Part shown: positions 1-8,472 of the stretch, in pieces
Numbering within the stretch: the stretch's first letter is position 1
Layout: each line of letters starts with the position of its first letter
Origin: Acidobacteriota bacterium
GTDB lineage: Bacteria > Acidobacteriota > Thermoanaerobaculia > Thermoanaerobaculales > Sulfomarinibacteraceae
Direction of reading: 5' to 3'
Length of the DNA: 63,970 bases
NCBI GenBank assembly: GCA_024641545.1
Contig: JAHECW010000007.1
Coordinates: 1-63,970, forward strand
The notes under the pieces: model-generated
What the model was told of the DNA's origin: nothing
Database searches by the model: none
Seen by the model: only the letters and a program-made list of their open reading frames with translations
Position numbers and translations under genes: made by a program

Positions 1-692
1 TCGAAGCCGCTGTCGAGGTTGATCTGCTGGGCGAGCTTGTTGTTGTTGTCGTGGTTGTACCCGGCGTACTGCACACCGCCGCGGACGCCTTCAAAATCGG
101 TGTCCATGACGAAGTTGACCACGCCGGCCATGGCGTCGGAACCGTAGGTCGTCGACGCGCCGCCGGTCAGGACATCCACGCGCTTGATGAGCGGCGCGGG
201 GACGACGTTGAGGTCAGGGGCGTACGAAAAACCGTCGCCGTTGCCCGGGGGCAGCCGACGGCCGTTGATCAGCACGAGGGTGCGGTTGGGGCCGAGCTGA
301 CGCAGGGAGATGGTGGCCGTACCCGAGGCGCCGTTGGCAACCGTCGAGTTCTGGCCGGCAAACGCCTGCGGCATGGTCTTCACGAGGTCCTCGATGCGGA
401 CCGTGCCGGAATACGTGAGCTCCTGTGGAACCTCCATGACCGTGACCGGGCTGAGGGCGGTCAGATCGGCGCGCGGGATCAGCGAACCGGTGACGGTCAC
501 CTCACCCTCGAACGAGCGCTCCATGGCCTGTTCGATGAGAGCCTGCTGCTCTTCGGCCGTCAGCTCGGCGCTCTCCTGTGCGACGACGGGCGAGACCAGG
601 CACGCGACCGCAATGATGGTTACGAAAAGAAGAGTCCGGGACCGTTCGACACGGAACGGGCTTCTCTCCTCGGTTCTGACTGGTGAATACAT
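1..692 (-). CDS. TonB-dependent receptor, N-terminal part (runs off the window start)
   Basis: Not in the ORF track; translated by hand. ATG at 692 after GAGGAGGAACGGAG. Signal-peptide-like start, TonB-box-like EVTVTGSLIPR, and plug motifs LRQLGPNRTLVLINGRR and IKRVDVLTGGASTTYGSDAMAGVVNF. Confidence 0.92.
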   Translation of the reverse strand, partial: MYSPVRTEERSPFRVERSRTLLFVTIIAVACLVSPVVAQESAELTAEEQQALIEQAMERSFEGEVTVTGSLIPRADLTALSPVTVMEVPQELTYSGTVRIEDLVKTMPQAFAGQNSTVANGASGTATISLRQLGPNRTLVLINGRRLPPGNGDGFSYAPDLNVVPAPLIKRVDVLTGGASTTYGSDAMAGVVNFVMDTDFEGVRGGVQYAGYNHDNNNKLAQQINLDSGF

Positions 693-699
693 CTCCGTT

Positions 700-965
700 C
701 CTCCTCAGTGGATTCGATGAGAATCCAGGCATCTCGGGACCCGACCGGAGGACCTCTCCGCCCATCGAAGAAATCCAAAAAAATGAGCCATTCCATGCCG
801 ACCTCCTTATTTCGGCGTCGATGGCTTATCGAACTTCCGGTCGATCTCAGTCCTGGTTCTTCATCCTTCGCAACATTACGTTCAAATGGATGAGGAGTTG
901 TTACCAAGTTGCAAAATGTTTTTTGAGATTACATCATTAACAATTGCCTCAATATTTTTCACATT
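700..965. promoter_or_regulatory. AT-rich upstream regulatory region of the TonB-dependent receptor
   Basis: Marked drop in GC content (e.g. AAAATGTTTTTTGAGATTACATCATTAACAATTG) in an otherwise GC-rich window, directly upstream of the receptor start. No specific operator could be assigned. Confidence 0.5.
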
Positions 966-1042
966 GCCGACAGGCGTTGCCGCGCCGCGCGATCCTCCCG
1001 AGCCGATTTACCCACGCCGCGGCCGCAACCGCGACGGCGCCC

Positions 1043-1080
1043 GGGGCAGCGGCAGGGTCAGCGACAGGGGGCAGCGGCAG
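1043..1080. repeat. Degenerate hexamer tract (GGCAGC/GGCAGG family)
   Basis: GGGGCAGCGGCAGGGTCAGCGACAGGGGGCAGCGGCAG; the same family recurs at about 15387, 17720, 20198, 30289 and 43528. Confidence 0.7.
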
Positions 1081-1121
1081 TCCTCCACCGGGAAGCCCCA
1101 GCTGAAGCCGCGTCCCCGCTC

Positions 1122-2039
1122 TCAGCGGCCCTCGCCGGCCGACTCATCTTCCGGCCGCGTGCGCCACCGCCGGTGCATCCACACCCACTGCTCGGGCCAC
1201 GCCCGGACCTGCCACTCGGCCGCGGCGGTGGCCGCAGCGGTGATCTGGTACACCTTTTCTGCGAGTGAGCTCTCGCTGGGCACCTCGATGGGCGGGTGGA
1301 TCTTGATCTTGTGGGTCCCATCCGGCTTGCGGTGGATATAGCCCGGCATGATCGGGCATCGGGCGCGCAGCGCGAGGGTCGCGGCCCCGGAAGGAGTCCA
1401 GGCCAGCTTGTCGAAAAACGGCACGAAAACCCCCGGAATACTCGGGATGTCCTGGTCGATGAGCAGACCGACGCCGCGTCCGCCCTTCAGGGCCTGGAGC
1501 AGCTGCCGCCCGGCCGATGTCCCCCGCAGGATGATCTCGCTGCCGAATCGGGTGCGCAGCGTGTTCACCAAGCTGTCGACACGGGAATCGTCGAGCTCAC
1601 GCACGGCAACGGTGATGGGAATCCCGGCGGCCGCCAATCGGGCATTGAGCATCTCCCAGTTACCCAGGTGCCCGGTGGCGAGGATGCCTCCCCGGCCCCC
1701 TTCGAGAGCACTCCAGACATGCTCGAGGCCCTCCACCTCGCAGACCCGCAGTACGTCTTCCGGTTTGGCGCGCCAAAGCCAGGCAATCTCGGCCAGCACG
1801 CGGCCGAGATGATCGGCGCAACCCGTCATGATCCGGTCGCGTTCCCGCCGCTCGAGTTCGGGGAAGGCGATTTCGAGGTTCTCCTGCATCCGTCTGCGCT
1901 CCCGCTTGGCGAATCGGAGCGCGAAGCGGGAGGCGACCGGCACGAGCCTCCGGGTCAGACCCAGGGGGAGCCGGCTCCCGACAACGAGAACCCCCCGCAG
2001 GACGTGAAAGGCGAGATTGTCGCGGGTGCGGCGGTCCAT
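1122..2039 (-). CDS. Lipid A lauroyl/myristoyl-type (LpxL/HtrB family) lysophospholipid acyltransferase
   Basis: Motifs TGHLGNWE, LLIDQD, VFVPFF and PEQWVWMHRRW. Start taken as ATG 2039 (TACACT 6 nt upstream); the ORF-track extension to 2306 overlaps the divergent gene. Confidence 0.9.
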   Translation of the reverse strand: MDRRTRDNLAFHVLRGVLVVGSRLPLGLTRRLVPVASRFALRFAKRERRRMQENLEIAFPELERRERDRIMTGCADHLGRVLAEIAWLWRAKPEDVLRVCEVEGLEHVWSALEGGRGGILATGHLGNWEMLNARLAAAGIPITVAVRELDDSRVDSLVNTLRTRFGSEIILRGTSAGRQLLQALKGGRGVGLLIDQDIPSIPGVFVPFFDKLAWTPSGAATLALRARCPIMPGYIHRKPDGTHKIKIHPPIEVPSESSLAEKVYQITAAATAAAEWQVRAWPEQWVWMHRRWRTRPEDESAGEGR

Positions 2040-2265
2040 GCTCCGAGTGTAGCTTTTTCTCGAGGAATCGGCATTGGCAGAGCCGATGCCGATTCCTCGA
2101 GAAAAAGGCGGTTGGGGCGCCCGGAGTCTTTTCAGAGATGTCTGCCGCCGAACGGGAGAACCGATCCTTGGAGAAGTCACGGGCGACGATTCGATCGGAG
2201 GGAGATCTTCGCGCGTTGCGTCACCGACACGGGACCCGGTTCGTTGTAGAGTACCTGCCGGGGGA

Positions 2266-4923
2266 ATGCAGATGAAACGGACCTTCACGAAAACTCGTCT
2301 CACCACCGTCTCGATGGTGCTTCTGGCCGCGACCGCCGCCCTGGCGATGGAACCGCCGACCGCCGACCAGCTCGAGCGTTACCGACAGGACGGGACGCTG
2401 GCCGCGAGAGCCGATTCCGCGCGTTCGTTCGGTAATCACCAGATGGCGCCGCAACTCGCGGCACGGGCCGGGTCGCCCTCGGCCGCGCTCAAGGCCCTCC
2501 CCGATGCGCCGTCGGTCCTCCCGTCCGACGGGTCGCCGCGGGTGCTCACCCTGCTCATCGCCTTCTCCGACATGTTGGGCGTGACCGATCCCGCCGTCGT
2601 CGACGACCGGATCTTCGGCGATGGCGAGACCAGCGCATATCCCTATGAAAGCCTGACCAACTTCTACCGCCGGGCCTCCTTTGGTCAACTCGAGATCACC
2701 GGGTCGACTCTCGGCTGGTACACCACCGCCTACCCGCGATCCGAGGTCGCCCAGAGCTACACTGGACGCCAGGCGCTCATCAAGGAGGCCTTCACCCACT
2801 ACGACAACGAGGGTCACGACTTCTCTCAGTACGACAACGACGGCGACGGCGTCATCGACTATCTCGCCATCGTCTGGACCGGAGAGCACGGCGAGTGGGC
2901 CGAGTTCTGGTGGGGTTACCAGACCAGCTTCTACAACGACAACTTCACGGTCGACGGCGTTCGGATCGGCACCTACTCATGGCAGTGGGAGAACTACACC
3001 TGGCCGGGCGAGTTCTCGCCGGAGGTGATCATCCACGAAACCGGCCACGCCCTCGGGCTGCCCGACTACTACGACTACGACGACGCCATCGGCCCCAAGG
3101 GAGGCGTCGGCGGTCTCGACCAGATGGACAGCAACTGGGGTGACCACAACGCATTCTCGAAGTGGGTGCTCGGGTGGCTGACCCCCGAGATCTACAATCA
3201 GGACGCGCACGAGCTTCTGCTGGCGCCATCGGATTCCATTCCCCAGGCGGCGGTGATGATGCACGGCGACGCCGTCAGCGATCCTTTTGCCGAGTACTAC
3301 CTGGTCCAGCACCGGCGCCGCCAGGGCAACGACGCCCAGATCCCCAACGACGGACTCCTGATCTGGCACGTCGACGCCCGCGTCGACGCCGCCGGCAACC
3401 TCCTCTATGACAACTCCTACACCGAGCACAAGTTGCTCCGCCTCATGGAGGCCGATGGCCTCGAGGAGATCGACCTCGGAGGCCGCGCCGATGCCGGCGA
3501 TTTCTACATCCCCGGGGATCTCTTCGACACCGCAACCCGCCCGGCCTCGCTCCGTTATGACGGAGTGCCGACCAACATCGCCATCAGCGCCATCGCCGCC
3601 GCCGGCGACAACCTGAGTCTCGATGCCGATCTCGGCTCCGGCTGTGCTCTCTGGTGCGACGCCTCGGTCACGCCGAACGCCTGGCCGGGTCTGCCGGTGT
3701 CATTCAACGGCTCCCTGGACACCGCCAACTGCGACGGGACTCCCGCCTACGGCTGGGTCTTCGGCGACGGCGCCGGCTCCGGCGACACCAGCGCTTCTCA
3801 CGCCTATGTCTCGACCGGGACCTTTGACTGGACCGTCACCGCCGAACTCGAAGACGCGACATGCGCTCACCAAGGGCGCCTCACGGTCTGCACCGAGATC
3901 CCGTGCTGGCAGTGGTCCCCGGCCGAACCCATGATCGAAGCCCGAACCCAGCACGCCGCCGTCCAACTTGATGATGGTCGGATCCTGGTCGTCGGCGGCG
4001 CCGACGCGACGCCCGAGATCTTCGACCCGGCGACCGGAACGTGGACCGCCGCGGCGCCGACCATCGGTCCTCATTACCGAACCGAGGCGGTCGTTCTCGA
4101 TGACGGTCGGGTTCTGGTCGTGGGCAGCGAGTCCGTCGACGATCCCGACAGCGAGATCTACGACCCGCTGAGCGACACCTGGTCGACCACGGGCCAGCTC
4201 AACCACGATCGAACCGCCCACTCGGCCATCGCCCTTTCCGACGGCCGGGTCCTGGTCGCCGGAGGGCGCTTCGGGACCTACCCCCACCGCGAGACCGTCG
4301 AAGAGATCGAGGTCTTCGATCCGGCATCCGAAACATGGACGGTGGTCGGCTCTCTCGCCGGCGAACGGGCTTATCCAGGGTTGGCCGCGCTCCAGGACGG
4401 CCGGACGCTCATCGTCGGCGCCCGCGAGGCAACTCTCTTCGATCCGGTATCGGACACCCTCAGACGAGCCGCGCCGCTGCCGGCGGAATGGCAGGGGCCC
4501 GTCGCCGTCACCCTCGATGACGGGCGGGTTCTGCTGACGGGCATCGCCAACGCCCCCATGACCCTGCTGTGGAACCCCGCCGACGGCCGCTGGACCATCG
4601 CCGGTCCGACCGGCACGCTGCGCCAACTCCCGACCGTCACGAAACTCCCCGACGGGCTGGTTCTCGTGACCGGCGGCTTCGACATGTCGGGCTCACCGAT
4701 GGCCACGACGGAGTTCTTCGACCCGGCAACCCTGTCGTGGTCGGCGGGGTCCTCCCTCACCGCTGGGCGCGCCGGTCATTCGGCCATCCTGACGGCCACG
4801 GGGCAGCTGTTTCTCGCCGGCGGCGCCACCAGTTCAGGCTCATCAGGATTCACCAACGCCACCGAGATCTTCGTGCGACCGACCACCCCGCCGCGGGGGA
4901 TCGCGGGGCGGCACTCACCTTGA
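2266..4923 (+). CDS. Secreted M6-family (immune inhibitor A-like) metalloprotease with PKD domain and Kelch repeats
   Basis: Signal peptide; zincin motif IIHETGHALGLPDYYD; GLLIWHVD; PKD-like YGWVFGDG...HAYVSTGTF; about 6 Kelch repeats (LxDGRVLVxGG...EIFDP.TxTW). Start is 2266 or 2272. Confidence 0.88.
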   Translation: MQMKRTFTKTRLTTVSMVLLAATAALAMEPPTADQLERYRQDGTLAARADSARSFGNHQMAPQLAARAGSPSAALKALPDAPSVLPSDGSPRVLTLLIAFSDMLGVTDPAVVDDRIFGDGETSAYPYESLTNFYRRASFGQLEITGSTLGWYTTAYPRSEVAQSYTGRQALIKEAFTHYDNEGHDFSQYDNDGDGVIDYLAIVWTGEHGEWAEFWWGYQTSFYNDNFTVDGVRIGTYSWQWENYTWPGEFSPEVIIHETGHALGLPDYYDYDDAIGPKGGVGGLDQMDSNWGDHNAFSKWVLGWLTPEIYNQDAHELLLAPSDSIPQAAVMMHGDAVSDPFAEYYLVQHRRRQGNDAQIPNDGLLIWHVDARVDAAGNLLYDNSYTEHKLLRLMEADGLEEIDLGGRADAGDFYIPGDLFDTATRPASLRYDGVPTNIAISAIAAAGDNLSLDADLGSGCALWCDASVTPNAWPGLPVSFNGSLDTANCDGTPAYGWVFGDGAGSGDTSASHAYVSTGTFDWTVTAELEDATCAHQGRLTVCTEIPCWQWSPAEPMIEARTQHAAVQLDDGRILVVGGADATPEIFDPATGTWTAAAPTIGPHYRTEAVVLDDGRVLVVGSESVDDPDSEIYDPLSDTWSTTGQLNHDRTAHSAIALSDGRVLVAGGRFGTYPHRETVEEIEVFDPASETWTVVGSLAGERAYPGLAALQDGRTLIVGAREATLFDPVSDTLRRAAPLPAEWQGPVAVTLDDGRVLLTGIANAPMTLLWNPADGRWTIAGPTGTLRQLPTVTKLPDGLVLVTGGFDMSGSPMATTEFFDPATLSWSAGSSLTAGRAGHSAILTATGQLFLAGGATSSGSSGFTNATEIFVRPTTPPRGIAGRHSP

Positions 4924-4939
4924 ACGGAGGCAGTGGTAC

Positions 4940-5047
4940 GACGGGAGACCTCAGGGGTTAGACCTCAGACGTCGAGCGTTGGAGGTTTTCGGGTGAGGAG
5001 CCGGGCCGCTCACGTCTCACTTCCTGCCTTCCTCACCACCTCACGCC
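4940..5047. repeat. Degenerate heptamer tract: G-rich arm followed by a TCAC-rich arm
   Basis: ...GGGTGAGGAGCC...CTCACGTCTCACTTCCTGCCTTCCTCACCACCTCACGCC between convergent genes; similar layout at 54127 and 58240. Confidence 0.5.
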
Positions 5048-6116
5048 TCGGCGGTGATGGTCTCGTGAAGGTCGGCAAAAGCCTCGCCGGCCTCACGGAA
5101 GAACTCAGAGGCGGGGTCCCTGCCGACGAAACCGACCACGTGGATCCCATCGCGGATCCGCCGAAGATCCGCGAGGTGGTCGCTCCAGCAGCGATCGGTG
5201 ACGATCAGGACGAGTCGCCTTTCGACCTCCTCGAGGAGCGTGCGACCGCAGGATTCGCAGAGCCCGAGCCAACGCTCGGGACAGCGGTCCTCCAACAACC
5301 CAGGCCGCGTCTCGCCGAGGAGAACCTCCTGCCGCCAACCCTGGAGGGACTGCCTTTGGGTCTCCACAACCGCGGAGAGCTCCCACAACCGACGCCGGGT
5401 GTCGAAGCTCTCGCCCTCGATGATCCGCTGGGCGCGGGAGATCTCATGGGCGAGCACGGGCGAGTCTGCGGGGCTGTCCTGCCGGGCGGGCAATACGCGC
5501 GCGCCGATCAGCTTCCCGACCCCGTAACGCTGGATCAGCGGGTCCTCCAGGCTGACGAAGAACCGTGACGATCCCGGGTCCCCCTGCCGGCCGGCGCGCC
5601 CGCGCAGCTGCCGGTCGATCCGACGACTTTCGTGGCGGTTTGTCCCGATGACGTAGAGGCCTTCGAGCTCGACGACACGGACGCACCGGTTGTGCGGCGG
5701 CACGACCACCACCCGGAGATCGTAGAGGTTGTCGCGGCTGAGAAACCGCTCCACCCTGGCAGATCCTGCCTCGGTGAGAAAGATGTTGTGTCCGTACTCG
5801 TCGGTGTCGAAGTCGATCTCCGGATCGAGCCTCCGGGCGAGGGCGGCAACCGAGACCGGCATAGACGGGACCCATCCACGCCGCATCCCGCCGGGCGAGA
5901 TAGTCGTTGAAAGTCAGCACGTGGGCGCCGCCCCCGTTGACGGCCGCGAAGCTCGCCGGCGACGCGCTCGAGCGAATCATCATCGAGGTGCCGAAGACGC
6001 TCTCCGACGGCGTCGATGCGCCTCAGCTGCGGCGCGAAGGACTCGATTCCGACCTCCACCGGGTCGCCGAGCCAGCGGCGAAATCGGCGTTTCAGCCCGC
6101 CCGCAGTCCCGCCTAT
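5041..6116 (-). pseudogene. secA: secA (SecA2-like) remnant with multiple internal deletions and frameshifts
   Basis: SecA blocks in three frames: N-terminal ..[18 protein letters not shown].., then [22 protein letters not shown], then [20 protein letters not shown] / [12 protein letters not shown] / [40 protein letters not shown]. Walker A and DEAD box are absent. GGAGG is followed by ATA (6116) rather than ATG. Confidence 0.85.
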
Positions 6117-6323
6117 GACGCACCTCCCTGCGATCGCGACACGTCGATCGGATGGCGCCGGCCGGGTCTTCGGGTGATGATCCGAATCAGCATGATCGTG
6201 ACGGCATCATACCCGCCCGCCGGTGATCGGCTCCCGGCTGTCCGAGTTTTCTCATCTTGGGGTGGCTCGTTCCAAACCGGCACGCTTCCGCACTTCTTGG
6301 TCTCATCCCCATTGGCTTCAATC

Positions 6324-6339
6324 CGGCACGGAACGTGCA
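6324..6339 (+). promoter_or_regulatory. Putative sigma54 (-24/-12) promoter
   Basis: CGGCACGGAACGTGCA has exact GG-N10-GC spacing, about 60 nt upstream of ATG 6398. Confidence 0.5.
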
Positions 6340-6397
6340 ACATTTCGGGTGACGGTTGAAACGCCGCCCGTCGGGCGAGACTCGAAGGGAGAATTTG

Positions 6398-6775
6398 ATG
6401 AGCGACGAATCTCGAGGCAATGGGGACCGACGTCCGGAATGGTTCGCCGATTTCGAGGACAAGCTTGTCGATCTCATCCGGACGGCCCCGGGTTCACAGA
6501 CCCAGGACCTCGGAGCCTGCCTGACGGTGCTCATCCCGCGCGGCGGCAGCGCCGACAACGCGGTCTTCGGCGGGCTCGTCACCTCGAAGGACGAGCACCC
6601 CAGCCAGATGCAGGCGGAGCTCCTCACCGCGGTCGTTTGGGCCCTGCTGACCGATGGTGTCGCACCGGATGTTCTCAGGGCGACATTCGATCACTCGATG
6701 AAGGCCGCCGAGCCCGTGACAACCGAGCTCGACATCCTTCGGATGGACGAGGGTGAAGACGAACCCATCAACTGA
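6398..6775 (+). CDS. Hypothetical acidic protein (125 aa)
   Basis: RBS-like AAGGGAGAA before ATG 6398; GC3-rich codons; no recognisable motif. Confidence 0.7.
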   Translation: MSDESRGNGDRRPEWFADFEDKLVDLIRTAPGSQTQDLGACLTVLIPRGGSADNAVFGGLVTSKDEHPSQMQAELLTAVVWALLTDGVAPDVLRATFDHSMKAAEPVTTELDILRMDEGEDEPIN

Positions 6776-6939
6776 ACGGATCTTCGGATGTCACCGGTTC
6801 TTCGACTCTCACGAACCGGCATGCGCCCGAGACACGCACCACGATTCGCCCACGCGCTCGCTTGAATGCGACCTTGGCCGTTGTGGTGCGGCCGCCCCGC
6901 TTGCAAGGCACCGGTGACGGAGTGTCATTGGGAGCAAGC

Positions 6940-8472
6940 TCAGAAATGACCCGATTCCGATTCGCGGGATGGGCCGGCCATGTTGTCGCGCCACCGGTCC
7001 CTGACTTCGCGGGGGATGTCGAGATCGTTGCCGACGACCGCGAGCAGGGCCGGGTAGAGCCATTCATCACCTGAGGCCAATACCGCCGCAGCGGCCCGGA
7101 CTTCGGGCCGATCCCGCCCCGCAATGCACCTCGACCGACGGCGTCTCACCATCCCGGCGCCGTCACCCAGCGCAAGCTCGACACCCGCGGCGGCAGCGGC
7201 GTCCACCAGCCGGCGCTCACCCTCGGTGAGCTGTCGGGGGTTGACGGCCCGAGGACCCCAAAGACCACGGGCGGCGTGCCAGCCACGACCGAGAACATCA
7301 ACCACCGCGGCCCCGAGTTGGAGCCGCCGCCGCCCGCCGTCGGGACTTTCGATTCTGATACCGAGCAGCTCGTTGAGCAGACTGCGTTCCTCGGTGGAGG
7401 CCTCGATCAGGAGCTCCTCGAGATCGCCGTCATCGCCGGATCCGGGTTCAACCGCCACAACCACCCCACCCTGGTGCCCCGCCCACGTCAACAGTGCCGA
7501 CGGCGACTCCATCCACCGCCGCGCCCCTTCCCGGACAGGAACAACAGGAGAGGCCAACACCTGCTCCCGACGAAGACCGAGGGTGGCGGATCGAAGGAGC
7601 AGCGTGGTCACCCGGCTGCGCACCGCCTCGTCCACCGACGGCAACCGATCGACAAGCAGCAGCAGCATCCGGACCGCCTCGTCGATCAGACGATCGAGGT
7701 GGGGGTTGGCCGCCGCCCTGAGTTCGTCGGCGCTGGACCCGGCCGGCGCCTCCCGGCTCATTTCGACGGCGGCCGAGAAGGCGGGGAACCCCGGGACCAC
7801 CGCTCGCGCGGTAAGGACCCCGTGTTCGAGGAGCCAGAGGGTGGGGACATCACCCGTGGCCGTCACCGCGAGCTCACCTGGCAACGGATCGGTGATCCGC
7901 ATCCGATAGAGGCCCTCGGGAAACCCACGCTCGACCGGTCGGCCGCAGATTTCAACCGGAATCGGGAAAAACCGCAGCGCCGTCCGAAGCCAGGCCGACG
8001 CTCGACGAGACTCGAGCCCGCGGCACCGCCAGGTCAGGGTCGTCGACGGGGGACCGGTCTCGAGCTCGTCGTTGCCGAGCCCGACGCGGCCGCCCCGAGC
8101 TTCCATCCGGCTCGACCCGCCCGCGGTCCGAACGACCAGCTCCAGCCGGGCGCCCGGGAAACCCGTCGCCCACAGCAGGGCCGAAAGACCCGCGTCCTCG
8201 ACCCGGGCGATCGCGGCCTGCCGTCGCATCCGCGGGGCCTCGCGATCGAAGACCCGCGCCAGGTCGCTCAGCTCCTCGTCGTCGGCGAGCACCCCATCAC
8301 AGCGAAAACAAAACCCGCCCCACACCTTCTCGATCGCCACCCTGGCGACACCGCGGGCGTTGGCGAGCCGCACCAACTCGGCCGGAACCTGCCAGGAGCC
8401 CTGGAGCTGGGCGCTGCACAGGGTCGCAACCTCGGCGGCGACATCGATGGCGAGGAGATCATCGGCCCTCAT
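6940..8472 (-). CDS. Hypothetical protein, degenerate Hsp90/GHKL-like paralogue (510 aa)
   Basis: ATG 8472 overlaps the upstream TGA (ATGA). N-terminus QLQGSWQVPAELVRLANARGVARVAIE aligns by eye with the neighbour's WVFVRELLQNSRDAGARRVDF but lacks the N-box Asn and the DxGxG and GxxGxG boxes. Confidence 0.75.
   Translation of the reverse strand: MRADDLLAIDVAAEVATLCSAQLQGSWQVPAELVRLANARGVARVAIEKVWGGFCFRCDGVLADDEELSDLARVFDREAPRMRRQAAIARVEDAGLSALLWATGFPGARLELVVRTAGGSSRMEARGGRVGLGNDELETGPPSTTLTWRCRGLESRRASAWLRTALRFFPIPVEICGRPVERGFPEGLYRMRITDPLPGELAVTATGDVPTLWLLEHGVLTARAVVPGFPAFSAAVEMSREAPAGSSADELRAAANPHLDRLIDEAVRMLLLLVDRLPSVDEAVRSRVTTLLLRSATLGLRREQVLASPVVPVREGARRWMESPSALLTWAGHQGGVVVAVEPGSGDDGDLEELLIEASTEERSLLNELLGIRIESPDGGRRRLQLGAAVVDVLGRGWHAARGLWGPRAVNPRQLTEGERRLVDAAAAAGVELALGDGAGMVRRRRSRCIAGRDRPEVRAAAAVLASGDEWLYPALLAVVGNDLDIPREVRDRWRDNMAGPSRESESGHF

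Noticed and set aside
870-960. Fur box upstream of the TonB-dependent receptor
   Set aside because: AT-rich, but no convincing match to the GATAATGATAATCATTATC inverted repeat.
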